IMG/VR virus record: IMGVR_UViG_3300037634_005504
Coordinates: 1 to 40,897 of that record
Length of the DNA: 40,897 nt
Reading direction: 5' to 3' (one strand)
Origin: a virus
Lineage: Duplodnaviria > Caudoviricetes
Part shown: piece after piece, positions 9,073 through 17,196 of the stretch
Layout of the letters: each line of letters opens with the position of its first letter
Numbering within the stretch: position 1 is the stretch's first letter
Notes under the pieces: model-generated
Told to the model about the DNA's origin: nothing
The model's input: the letters and a program-made list of their open reading frames with translations, nothing else
The model's database searches: none
Position numbers and translations under genes: made by a program

Positions 9073-10647
9073 ATGCCCGAATGTAAGTTTGAGTCTCGCT
9101 CGGCGTTGAATACAAAAGTATTAGAGGGAGTTAATTTGTTGGCCGATAATGTGGGGGCCACTTTGGGACCCAAGGGTAGAAATGTTATTTTACATGAAAA
9201 AGGAAAGCTACCCATCATCACCAAAGATGGTGTGACAGTTTCAGCTTTCGTACATGTTGACGAGGAATTTCAAAACGCTGCGGTTCAAATTCTGAAACAG
9301 GCCACCTCGCAAACGAATGTGATGGCTGGCGATGGCACCACAACCGCCACCGTCCTTGCAAGAGAGATTTTAACAGGCGCTCAGCGTTATATTACGGCTG
9401 GTGCTTCCCCGGTGGAACTCAAGCGTGGAATTGATTTGGCGGTTAATAAGGTCGTCGGCGCCCTTAAAGATACTGCAGTTCACATCGAGACGCTAGCCGA
9501 TGTGGAGAACATTGCAACGATTTCTGCCAATAATGATAGAACTATTGGAAAGCTGGTCGCAACTGCAGTTGATAAGGCGGGCAAAGATGGCTCCATCACT
9601 ATTGAGGAAGCGCGCACTGTCGAAACAACGTTGGATGTAATTGAGGGGTTTCGACTGGAGTCGGGTTATGCTGCTGGTGCCTTTGTTAATGATGAGCGCA
9701 GAGGCGCAGTGCATTATGAGTCCCCGCTCGTGCTCGTCACGGATAATAAAATAGATTCAGTTGAACAAATCCTCCCCGCGTTGGAGATAATTTCTCGGGA
9801 TGGGCGCCCTCTGGTTATAGTGGCTGAGGACATTGAGGGCCAAGCGCTTGCCGCACTTATTATGAATACGGTCCGAGGTTCTTTAAAGATAGTGGCCGTT
9901 AAGGCCCCTTTTTACGGCGAGGCCCGTCGCGGCGTCTTGGCTGACTTGGCCCTTTCCACAGGAGCAGAGTTTATTTCTCGGGATAGTACAATCCGCCTTA
10001 AGGACATTAAATTACAACACTTTGGACAGTGCAGGTCTGTTGACATTACCAAGACTAGCACGACTGTAATTGGGGGAAAGGGTGACTACGAAGAAATCGA
10101 TCGGCGTATATCTCTCTTGAAAGCGGAACTGCGCGCGGCCGCAGATCTCCGGGAGTGTGAAAAGATTCAGACGAGAATTACCAAGCTTGCGGCTGGGGTG
10201 GCTGTAATTAACGTAGGCGCCCCAACCGAAGTAGAGATGATTGAAAAGAAACATCGTGTCGAAGATGCACTAGAGGCGGTGAAGTCAGCGCAAGCCGAAG
10301 GAATTGTTGCAGGCGGGGGCGTAGCGCTCCTGCGCACCGCCGAAGTTTTGGAATCGCTTGAGGCAGAAAATGAGGATCAGAGGTCAGGTATTATAATCGT
10401 GCGTACGGCACTAAGTGCACCTATTCGACAGATGGCTCTCAATGGAGGTCTTTCGGCCGATCTAATTTTAAATACGATCGGCGAAGAGAGCGGCAATAGG
10501 GGGTATGATTTTCGTAATAACGAGGTTGTAGACCTCCTAGAACAGGGAATTGTCGATCCTGTTAAAGTAACGCGTACGGCGTTAGCAAATGCTGCATCTG
10601 CCGCGGGAACCTTAATTACAACTTCGCATGCCATTGTTCAGGTGTAG
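9073..10647 (+). CDS. groEL: chaperonin GroEL
   Basis: TLGPKGRNV, ITKDGVTV, AGDGTTTATVLA, AVKAPFYG, GIVAGGG, GIVDPVKV; lacks the GGM tail. Confidence 0.97.
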   Translation: MPECKFESRSALNTKVLEGVNLLADNVGATLGPKGRNVILHEKGKLPIITKDGVTVSAFVHVDEEFQNAAVQILKQATSQTNVMAGDGTTTATVLAREILTGAQRYITAGASPVELKRGIDLAVNKVVGALKDTAVHIETLADVENIATISANNDRTIGKLVATAVDKAGKDGSITIEEARTVETTLDVIEGFRLESGYAAGAFVNDERRGAVHYESPLVLVTDNKIDSVEQILPALEIISRDGRPLVIVAEDIEGQALAALIMNTVRGSLKIVAVKAPFYGEARRGVLADLALSTGAEFISRDSTIRLKDIKLQHFGQCRSVDITKTSTTVIGGKGDYEEIDRRISLLKAELRAAADLRECEKIQTRITKLAAGVAVINVGAPTEVEMIEKKHRVEDALEAVKSAQAEGIVAGGGVALLRTAEVLESLEAENEDQRSGIIIVRTALSAPIRQMALNGGLSADLILNTIGEESGNRGYDFRNNEVVDLLEQGIVDPVKVTRTALANAASAAGTLITTSHAIVQV

Positions 10648-10649
10648 GC

Positions 10650-10656
10650 CTATTTA
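10650..10656 (+). promoter_or_regulatory. putative late-promoter motif CTATTTA
   Basis: Recurrent motif, upstream of the 10673 gene. Confidence 0.5.
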
Positions 10657-10672
10657 GTGGTGATCGGAGGAC

Positions 10673-10960
10673 ATGAGGGTGAGCGATGAAGAACATGGTC
10701 AGCTAGCTGTGCTTATAGCTGAGGTAGCGACCAAGATGCAAGTTTTGCTTGACAAGCAAGATGAGCTGGCAGAAAACATCTCCAAGATTAAGGAGGCCGT
10801 ATACAACCCAGACAAAGGTTTGTACGCACGACTCAGCCACCTTGACAGGCGCCTCGACTCTCTAGAAAGCTGGAGGAATCTTAACACTAAGATTTTGTGG
10901 ACCGTAGGAACGATTACCGCAGGCCTTGTCATAGCGGACCTCTGGCAGTCTATATTTTAG
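10673..10960 (+). CDS. coiled-coil protein with C-terminal TM helix (XhlA/holin-like architecture)
   Basis: GGAGG RBS; heptad-like N-terminus then ILWTVGTITAGLVIA. Confidence 0.65.
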   Translation: MRVSDEEHGQLAVLIAEVATKMQVLLDKQDELAENISKIKEAVYNPDKGLYARLSHLDRRLDSLESWRNLNTKILWTVGTITAGLVIADLWQSIF

Positions 10961-10973
10961 AAAGGAAAAACAA

Positions 10974-11312
10974 ATGAGAGTAAAACTATCTTACACAGTT
11001 GATGAGGAGGATGTCTTAGCGGAGGCAGCCAAGATTATAAACCTCAGTGCCGAGGATCTTCAGCAAGCTGTGAGTCTTTTTGCAGCAGTGCAGAAGGAGT
11101 TGCGCCCCGAAACACAGGAAGTCCCCGCTGAAATTGTGAACCTAAATAAGTGCTACGAAATGATAGAGGAGTTTCGAAAGGCTCTGCTTAATGTTGATAC
11201 ACGTTTAGGAGAGGTGCTGGACATTGTGCAGGGGTACGATGACTATCTTCGTCTTCAGAAGCACGACGAAAGGCAGCCACCACCCCCAGAGGAAAGTATC
11301 AATGAGGGATGA
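10974..11312 (+). CDS. hypothetical helical protein
   Basis: AGGA RBS, 112-aa ORF in operon context. Confidence 0.7.
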   Translation: MRVKLSYTVDEEDVLAEAAKIINLSAEDLQQAVSLFAAVQKELRPETQEVPAEIVNLNKCYEMIEEFRKALLNVDTRLGEVLDIVQGYDDYLRLQKHDERQPPPPEESINEG

Positions 11313-11535
11313 TTATCAGGTAGGAGACCTGGTGCACATCCCGCAGGCAGTTAAATTGGTCGAATGCCCTCAGTTCGCCACCTCTCAAGGTCAAATGGTT
11401 ATCCCGTCCCGTATAATGGAGACACGAGAGCCCAAGTTGGGCGTCGTAATGGAATGTCCATCTCAGGGCTATCTCAAAATATACTGTGACGGAAGCGACT
11501 GGTCGGTACGCTACCAGAATGTTTTTAAATTATAG
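11302..11535 (+). CDS. KOW/SH3-like small protein
   Basis: YQVGDLV...LGVVME...LKIY...W pattern; ATG at 11302. Confidence 0.65.
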   Translation: MRDDYQVGDLVHIPQAVKLVECPQFATSQGQMVIPSRIMETREPKLGVVMECPSQGYLKIYCDGSDWSVRYQNVFKL

Positions 11536-11543
11536 GTCGACCC

Positions 11544-11828
11544 ATGATTAGATTTATTGAAATAGTGAGAAGTGCTCCTCGGGAATTTTCTCTTCGTGAG
11601 GTTTGGATAAATGAAAATTTTGTAGTTAAAATTGAGGAATCCATGCAGTATCGGGAACTGCTTAAAGAGGGGAAGCTACCCCTTGAGCTAGATACGAACC
11701 ATCGATTTAGTACGGTAACCATTAGTGAGGGAGGCGCCAGCGCCAGTCACATAGTAGTAGGAGATGTCAGAGTTGTTGCCTCCAAGTTGAGCCGCCGAGA
11801 CAGTTCTCAAACTCTTTTAAAAGGGTGA
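11544..11828 (+). CDS. hypothetical protein, FlbD-like pattern
   Basis: MIRFIEI...VWINENFVVKIEE...STVTI...IVV resembles the FlbD family layout. Confidence 0.5.
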   Translation: MIRFIEIVRSAPREFSLREVWINENFVVKIEESMQYRELLKEGKLPLELDTNHRFSTVTISEGGASASHIVVGDVRVVASKLSRRDSSQTLLKG

Positions 11829-11838
11829 AAATAATCTC

Positions 11839-11866
11839 TTGACAATTAGATCTCCGGTGTTATAAT
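11839..11866 (+). promoter_or_regulatory. sigma70-type promoter for Hsp20
   Basis: TTGACA-N16-TATAAT with TGn; leader hairpin GTAAGC/GCTTAC at 11874-11891. Confidence 0.8.
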
Positions 11867-11909
11867 ACACAATGTAAGCGGTACAGCTTACTATTCAAGG
11901 AGATAAAAT

Positions 11910-12320
11910 ATGTACCCCGTTCTTAGTAACAACCTGCTGCGAAACCAGCGCAACCTGATCGACACCCTGTTCGGTGAGGACTTTTTCACCACGCCCACCT
12001 CGGCTGTGATTGATGATTATTCGGTGCGCACCAACGTGTCCACCACTGATGAGGAGTATCGTATCGATATCGTTGCCCCGGGCCTCGATAAGAGCGACAT
12101 GAATGTTAAGATTGAAGGCAACCAGCTTTATGTTTCTTATGACAACGAGAATACTGATAAGACCGAGCGAGTTTACTACCGTTCTTTCACTCGCTTCTGG
12201 AAGCTCCCGGCTGATGTGGATGCAGCCTCCATCCGCGCCGACTACAAGCAGGGCATTCTGTCCGTTTTCGTTCCCCGTGAGACGGCGCCCACTACTTCCA
12301 TTGAGATTGCCATTAAGTAA
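11910..12320 (+). CDS. small heat-shock protein (Hsp20/alpha-crystallin)
   Basis: APGLDKSDMNV, RSFTRFWKLP, ADYKQGILSV; AAGGAG RBS. Confidence 0.93.
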   Translation: MYPVLSNNLLRNQRNLIDTLFGEDFFTTPTSAVIDDYSVRTNVSTTDEEYRIDIVAPGLDKSDMNVKIEGNQLYVSYDNENTDKTERVYYRSFTRFWKLPADVDAASIRADYKQGILSVFVPRETAPTTSIEIAIK

Positions 12321-12329
12321 TATACACAA

Positions 12330-12336
12330 CTAATTA
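12330..12336 (+). promoter_or_regulatory. putative late-promoter motif CTAATTA (leaderless start)
   Basis: 6 nt upstream of ATG 12343; no Shine-Dalgarno. Confidence 0.55.
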
Positions 12337-12342
12337 TAGTTG

Positions 12343-13959
12343 ATGTATTTGCGTCAATCTAATAAATGGAATGAATGGTTATTGCAGGAGGCGATGGAAC
12401 AAGCTGCCGGTTTGCCTCCTGCAATATCCCACTTTCTAAGACAACAAGACGAAGCCTTTGGTCCCGTCACCGGCAAGCAGCTGACTTGGATCGGTAAGAG
12501 CGTCAGAGCGCAGCGTCACAGCCAACTACTCACGCGCGAAGAGCTTTATGAAATCAGGCGCCACCTTAAGCAGGCGGTGCGCACCACCCTACAGAAGCGC
12601 GGAATTGACGACAACGAAGTCTTCGGTGAGCTTTGGGCCGAGGCTCTTGCCCCACTGATAAAGTTCAGGGCAGAGATTGATAAGCAAAGCCCCAACATTG
12701 CGGACGTAAAGATATTCAAAAAGAACTTTATAAAGAACCTTAAGAAACTGGAAATTGAGCGCACGTTTATAAAAGGATTTGATTCTTACGTTGACAATCG
12801 TATGGTAATGGGTGTACGTGACTACTTTATGAGGTGGGTCAAACCCATCATGCTCCTTCTGTCCGAAGATCCTCTGTCTTACAGTGACTTGCTAGAAGAG
12901 AGCGGACTGGAGATGGCTGGTATTGCTGCCGAAGAGATTCTCGCCAATCCCCCCAAAGCAGAAGAACAAGTAATCCACGAGTTTGATAACGGATACTTCT
13001 GGTATGATATTAGAAGTGATCACTGTGATTTTGAAGCCAAAAAGATGGGGCACTGTGGTAAGGGGGAACATGGGACCTTAGTTTCTTTGCGCCGCGGCAC
13101 AGGACGAAGTGTCGACCCCATGATCACTATGGACTTTGACGGTACCGCTCTCTATCAAATCAAAGGCAAAGCCAACAAAGCCCCGGCGGAAAAGCTCTGG
13201 CCTTATATTCACTGGTTTATTGAGAACATGGGCGTTGAACGTATTCTTGAGGATGGCCGCGGCAGCGCTGACGGCGAAGGTTTTTTCAAACTGCTGCAGC
13301 ATCTGGTCAAAAAGTATGGCAAGGAAGGGACGAAGCAAATCAGGTTCGAGGAGTCGTGGACCGAAGAATCCGACGAACTACTTAATCAATTTGAACCCAC
13401 TATTGAAACCAACACACAAACCTTCTTAGAATTGCACCGCGCCGAGGAAGCCGGCGACCCCGAGGTAGGCGTCATGCTGCGACACCAAGTTTTCTGGCCC
13501 GTCAAGGATATCATTGTGGATGAGGACACTCACCGCTTACGCTGGGAGATCAAGCAGGATGCCCAGTCGTATGCTGACGACACTCTGTATCCCAACCCGC
13601 GCGTTCTCCGCGTCGATGTCTTTCCGCGCGGCGTTCAGGACGGGTATTCTGAGTCCGCCGCGCTTCGTATTGAGATGGTTTGGGAGAACAACTTTGAGCC
13701 CACCGACATCGAGGACGAAGAGGAAGTAAAACAGGAACTAGGTCTTCTCGTAGAATACTTAGACGAGATTCAACACCTTTCCCAGTGGCTTGTCAATCCG
13801 AAGGCGATACGCCCAGACGCCAACTTTGATTACGGAGCGTTCAAAGAGCGAGTCCGAAAGAGACTAGAGGCGTACGGTGTTTACGGCGGGGGCGACACCT
13901 CGGCGCCGACTCTCCAAGAGTCGCGCATTATACAGCGTTGGTCCAAGATAATTAAATAA
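12343..13959 (+). CDS. large protein with PcfJ-like domain
   Basis: EAKKMGHCG...LVSLR...PMITMD...YQIKGKANKAP matches the PcfJ-like pattern; C-terminal LQESRIIQRWSKIIK. Confidence 0.65.
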   Translation: MYLRQSNKWNEWLLQEAMEQAAGLPPAISHFLRQQDEAFGPVTGKQLTWIGKSVRAQRHSQLLTREELYEIRRHLKQAVRTTLQKRGIDDNEVFGELWAEALAPLIKFRAEIDKQSPNIADVKIFKKNFIKNLKKLEIERTFIKGFDSYVDNRMVMGVRDYFMRWVKPIMLLLSEDPLSYSDLLEESGLEMAGIAAEEILANPPKAEEQVIHEFDNGYFWYDIRSDHCDFEAKKMGHCGKGEHGTLVSLRRGTGRSVDPMITMDFDGTALYQIKGKANKAPAEKLWPYIHWFIENMGVERILEDGRGSADGEGFFKLLQHLVKKYGKEGTKQIRFEESWTEESDELLNQFEPTIETNTQTFLELHRAEEAGDPEVGVMLRHQVFWPVKDIIVDEDTHRLRWEIKQDAQSYADDTLYPNPRVLRVDVFPRGVQDGYSESAALRIEMVWENNFEPTDIEDEEEVKQELGLLVEYLDEIQHLSQWLVNPKAIRPDANFDYGAFKERVRKRLEAYGVYGGGDTSAPTLQESRIIQRWSKIIK

Positions 13960-14113
13960 ATTTAACAACTTTTCCCCCAAAGCCTTACTGCGCTCTAGTT
14001 ACTAAAGACACACAGTCAGTCAGAAAGGGCTTGATAGGTAGTATGCTGCAGTTGCATCCCGCGGGAGCAGTAGGTGATTTAGTGATGTAAGGCCATTAGC
14101 ACGGAGGTTAGCC

Positions 14114-14950
14114 GTGACTAAGGTGTACATAAGCGTATTGAGCGCATTGGTTGGATTAGCTTTAGGAAGCTGTGCGCCCACAACCAACACTCTAGAACAA
14201 ATAGCACACGATTTTCCTCCGGTTGCGCCCGCCGCTGCAGCGACCGTTGAGGTGACCAACTACTTCGGCACCGCATGTGAAATTTTAGATGTTAGCAACC
14301 TGTCGCTGATGGAGCGCCGCGCGCGGGCTGCGGCGGTAAAGGTTGAGTCTCTATTGGGTAGTGGCCACGGATCTGGAACTTACATGGTGGCCTATGGCCA
14401 ACGCATCGTAGTAACAGCCGCGCATGTTGTTGAGGGATCAACAACCATGAGAATCGTCGGTCGTGATGGCGAGAGCGTAGTTGGACGCGTAATATTTCGC
14501 GACGATGCTGGGGACATAGCGGTCCTGGTGGTGCCCGAGATGAAAACTCGTACCGCCGTGCGCTATCGCCCACAACTGTCATACGATGAGCGCCTGGTTG
14601 GGACTAAATTAACTTACACCGGCTTTCCCTCGCATCACGACCTCCTTACAATTCGTGGATATATTGCAGCTATCGAAAAGAACTACATCGTTACTAATAT
14701 GTTTGGGTGGTTTGGCTCCTCTGGTTCGGGCGTATTCGATGAGCGAGGTCGCCTAATTGGTGTCGTCTCCGGCATCGATGTGGGTCGTTTTTTGATGCCA
14801 GTTCCCCTTGAGGATGTTGTATGGGTGGCGCCAATGAGCATGCTCGACCACGAGACACTTAAAGTTAGAATTAAGACTGCCGACCCTGCAGGAGTCCTCC
14901 ATGGCTTCCCCGGTAGCATTGTGCCTCGTCGAGGAGGTATTCTAGACTGA
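14114..14950 (+). CDS. trypsin-like serine protease, lipoprotein
   Basis: VTAAHVV (His), DIAVL (Asp), GSSGSGV (Ser); signal peptide with lipobox LGSC; GGAGG RBS. Confidence 0.88.
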   Translation: MTKVYISVLSALVGLALGSCAPTTNTLEQIAHDFPPVAPAAAATVEVTNYFGTACEILDVSNLSLMERRARAAAVKVESLLGSGHGSGTYMVAYGQRIVVTAAHVVEGSTTMRIVGRDGESVVGRVIFRDDAGDIAVLVVPEMKTRTAVRYRPQLSYDERLVGTKLTYTGFPSHHDLLTIRGYIAAIEKNYIVTNMFGWFGSSGSGVFDERGRLIGVVSGIDVGRFLMPVPLEDVVWVAPMSMLDHETLKVRIKTADPAGVLHGFPGSIVPRRGGILD

Positions 14951-16008
14951 TGGCCTGGCGAATGATGATTTTTATCGCGCTCATGGTCTCAATGGGATGT
15001 ATTGAAGGAGACTATGCGCTTTACAGTCTTCACCAGCCAGACACCATTTATGTAGAAGTACCCGTTGAAGTTCCGGTAGAAGTAGAAGTACCCGTAGAAG
15101 TTCCAACAGAAGTTATCGTGGAGGTGCCTGTTACGGTGCCGGGCGAGGGGGGGGAGGTTTGGATCGATTCGTTCGAGCAACCATACACGATGAATGGAAT
15201 TGACATCGTGTGGCTCATTGATCGATCGGGCTCCATGTGGCAACACGGCAACGCAGTAGTAGCAGGAATTGAACAAATGATGTTGTCTCTTCCGCCCTCG
15301 GGGTGGCGCCTAGGCATTGCCACCACTTCATGGTATGACTCGAGCTCGGTGCAAGCATTTCCCCTTGTCCCCGGAGACAGCGTACAGGATGCGTGGGATG
15401 CTTATAATAACTTGGGTACCCACCCCTTCGAGGCTGGCTTTGATTCCCTGTACGCCTACCTCCTAGAAAATACGTATAATCAGTCGTGGCTACGCCCCGA
15501 TGCTGGTCTTCTAGTTGTTTTCGTAAGTGACGAGAATGAGCAGAGCAGCCGAGATTTCACAGCTAATGCCGCGGGTGTGACAGACTTTATCAACTGGTAT
15601 GGAAATCAACGTAATTCGGTATTCCTCGCGAGTATCGTTAACATTCACCAAACCGAGAACGACTGTTCATGGGGAGTGCCCCAGTTTTATGTAGGACAGC
15701 GCTACATGAACGCCACCAATGCTTTTGGCGGCGTAGTTGTAGACATCTGTTCAGAAGACTGGTCGCCAGGAGTTCAGGCCGCGACTGCTCAAGTACAGCC
15801 CCACGAAGAATGGTCACTTACCTACACACCTATTGAGGCCACGTTGATTGTTTTTGTAGATTTTGTGGAATTTACCGATTGGACTTATAATGTAATAAGT
15901 AATGCGGTAGAGTTCGACGTTCTGCCTCCCCAGGGAAGCTTGGTTGAAATAGGATATGTAATTGATAGCGCTGAGGCCGGCGACGATGATGATTCAGCAG
16001 GGAGCTAA
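14950..16008 (+). CDS. vWA-domain lipoprotein
   Basis: MIDAS DRSGS, WLRPDAGLLVVFVSDENEQS, lipobox SMGC, VEVP repeats, C-terminal GDDDDSA. Confidence 0.82.
   Translation: MAWRMMIFIALMVSMGCIEGDYALYSLHQPDTIYVEVPVEVPVEVEVPVEVPTEVIVEVPVTVPGEGGEVWIDSFEQPYTMNGIDIVWLIDRSGSMWQHGNAVVAGIEQMMLSLPPSGWRLGIATTSWYDSSSVQAFPLVPGDSVQDAWDAYNNLGTHPFEAGFDSLYAYLLENTYNQSWLRPDAGLLVVFVSDENEQSSRDFTANAAGVTDFINWYGNQRNSVFLASIVNIHQTENDCSWGVPQFYVGQRYMNATNAFGGVVVDICSEDWSPGVQAATAQVQPHEEWSLTYTPIEATLIVFVDFVEFTDWTYNVISNAVEFDVLPPQGSLVEIGYVIDSAEAGDDDDSAGS
15052..15132 (+). repeat. coding tandem (VEVP)n stalk repeat
   Basis: VEVPVEVPVEVEVPVEVPTEVIVEVPV. Confidence 0.8.
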
Positions 16009-16014
16009 CTAATT

Positions 16015-16281
16015 ATGAATGAAAAAGAGGTAATTGTTTTGAAAGATAAATGGAATCCGGGAGCCCAGGAGGTTCCCACAGCCCGAGCGCTAGAAATGGT
16101 AGAAGTAAATGATTCAGAGTTCAGAGAAACTCCGTTTCCGCTTTCGCTAGATACACAAAGAAAACTCTTAGAGTTAATCTATACACGAAAGTCAGGTATA
16201 ATTACTAGACAGGAGTTAATAAATGTTCTCTATAATACGGAAACTGTGGAGCCGGGCAAAATCATTCGCTGCCTTATCTGA
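16015..16281 (+). CDS. hypothetical protein (true start may be downstream)
   Basis: 88-aa ORF; a CTAATTA motif at 16009-16015 overlaps the ATG. Confidence 0.5.
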   Translation: MNEKEVIVLKDKWNPGAQEVPTARALEMVEVNDSEFRETPFPLSLDTQRKLLELIYTRKSGIITRQELINVLYNTETVEPGKIIRCLI

Positions 16282-16468
16282 GCGAGTCGAGCGAGTCGAA
16301 ATAGCGCTGGACCAATTTGAGGCGCTCGCTGACGAAAACGCATCCTTGTGGCAATACATTGATGATCAACGAGAAATGGCGAGTGTCTTTGTAGGCAGCC
16401 AGGAAGAGTTCGAAGAAGAGTTTACCGACATAATGCTTCGTAATCTGAAGACGCGTGGCGATGCCTAA
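16223..16468 (+). CDS. hypothetical coiled-coil protein
   Basis: AGGAG RBS at about 16210; 81 aa. Confidence 0.65.
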   Translation: MFSIIRKLWSRAKSFAALSERVERVEIALDQFEALADENASLWQYIDDQREMASVFVGSQEEFEEEFTDIMLRNLKTRGDA

Positions 16469-17195
16469 AACAATTTATTTATTTGATGTTGACGGTACCC
16501 TGACTCCCCCTCTCGAAGAAATAGAGGAAGAGTTTGCAGAGGTTTTCCTACAGTGGTCCCGCGACAAAAAAGTTTACCTGGTAACGGGATCCAATATAGA
16601 GAAAACCAAACGACAAATATTTAGTTCTTTTATGGATCAATGTGCGGGGATCTTTACGTGTTCTGGGAATGTTTTTTATTCTAAAGGGAATAAAGTTTAT
16701 GAAAACAAGCTGGTGCTCCCCTCTGATTTCATTGACAATTTAGAATTGTACTTGGCCGTAGGAAGCTCCTGGAGGGAGAAAAAGGGCAATCATATTGAAA
16801 TTCGCCGAGGGATGGTGAATTTTAGCACTGTAGGACGCAACGCGTCCGCTAATCTCAGGGAGGCCTACTACAAGTGGGACAAGGCTTCGCAGGAGCGAGT
16901 AGACATTGTACATTATATTTCCACACTGTACCCTCAATTTGAAGTTTCTATCGGGGGCCAAATTTCTGTAGACATTTATCCGGCCGGCAAAAACAAGGCT
17001 CAGGTGGTGGACAAGTTACAAGAATTGCATGGGGAGGATAGCCGCTTCGTCTTTGTAGGAGACCGAAATGTGCCCGGAGGAAACGATTGGCCCTTAGCGC
17101 GTCGATTAGATCAGCTACCGGGTAGTACATGGTTTCAGATTGCAGATTACAAGGAAACTGAGGCCTTAATACAACAGAACGAACTATTTATTTAG
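16461..17195 (+). CDS. HAD-IIB phosphomannomutase, eukaryotic PMM type
   Basis: LFDVDGTLT, RGMVNFSTVGRNA, IGGQISVDIYP, FVGDR..GGND. Confidence 0.88.
   Translation: MPKTIYLFDVDGTLTPPLEEIEEEFAEVFLQWSRDKKVYLVTGSNIEKTKRQIFSSFMDQCAGIFTCSGNVFYSKGNKVYENKLVLPSDFIDNLELYLAVGSSWREKKGNHIEIRRGMVNFSTVGRNASANLREAYYKWDKASQERVDIVHYISTLYPQFEVSIGGQISVDIYPAGKNKAQVVDKLQELHGEDSRFVFVGDRNVPGGNDWPLARRLDQLPGSTWFQIADYKETEALIQQNELFI
17184..17190 (+). promoter_or_regulatory. putative late-promoter motif CTATTTA (leaderless start)
   Basis: 6 nt upstream of ATG 17197; no Shine-Dalgarno. Confidence 0.55.
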
Positions 17196-17196
17196 C

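Noticed and set aside
11867-11909. RNA thermometer upstream of Hsp20
   Set aside because: The GTAAGC/GCTTAC hairpin does not cover the AAGGAG Shine-Dalgarno, and no ROSE or fourU motif is present
1-12320. Bacterial chromosome origin (dnaE, dut, guaB, clpP, groEL)
   Set aside because: Divergent versions in non-bacterial synteny, one-strand dense packing, many tiny orphans and repeated strong promoters indicate a large phage
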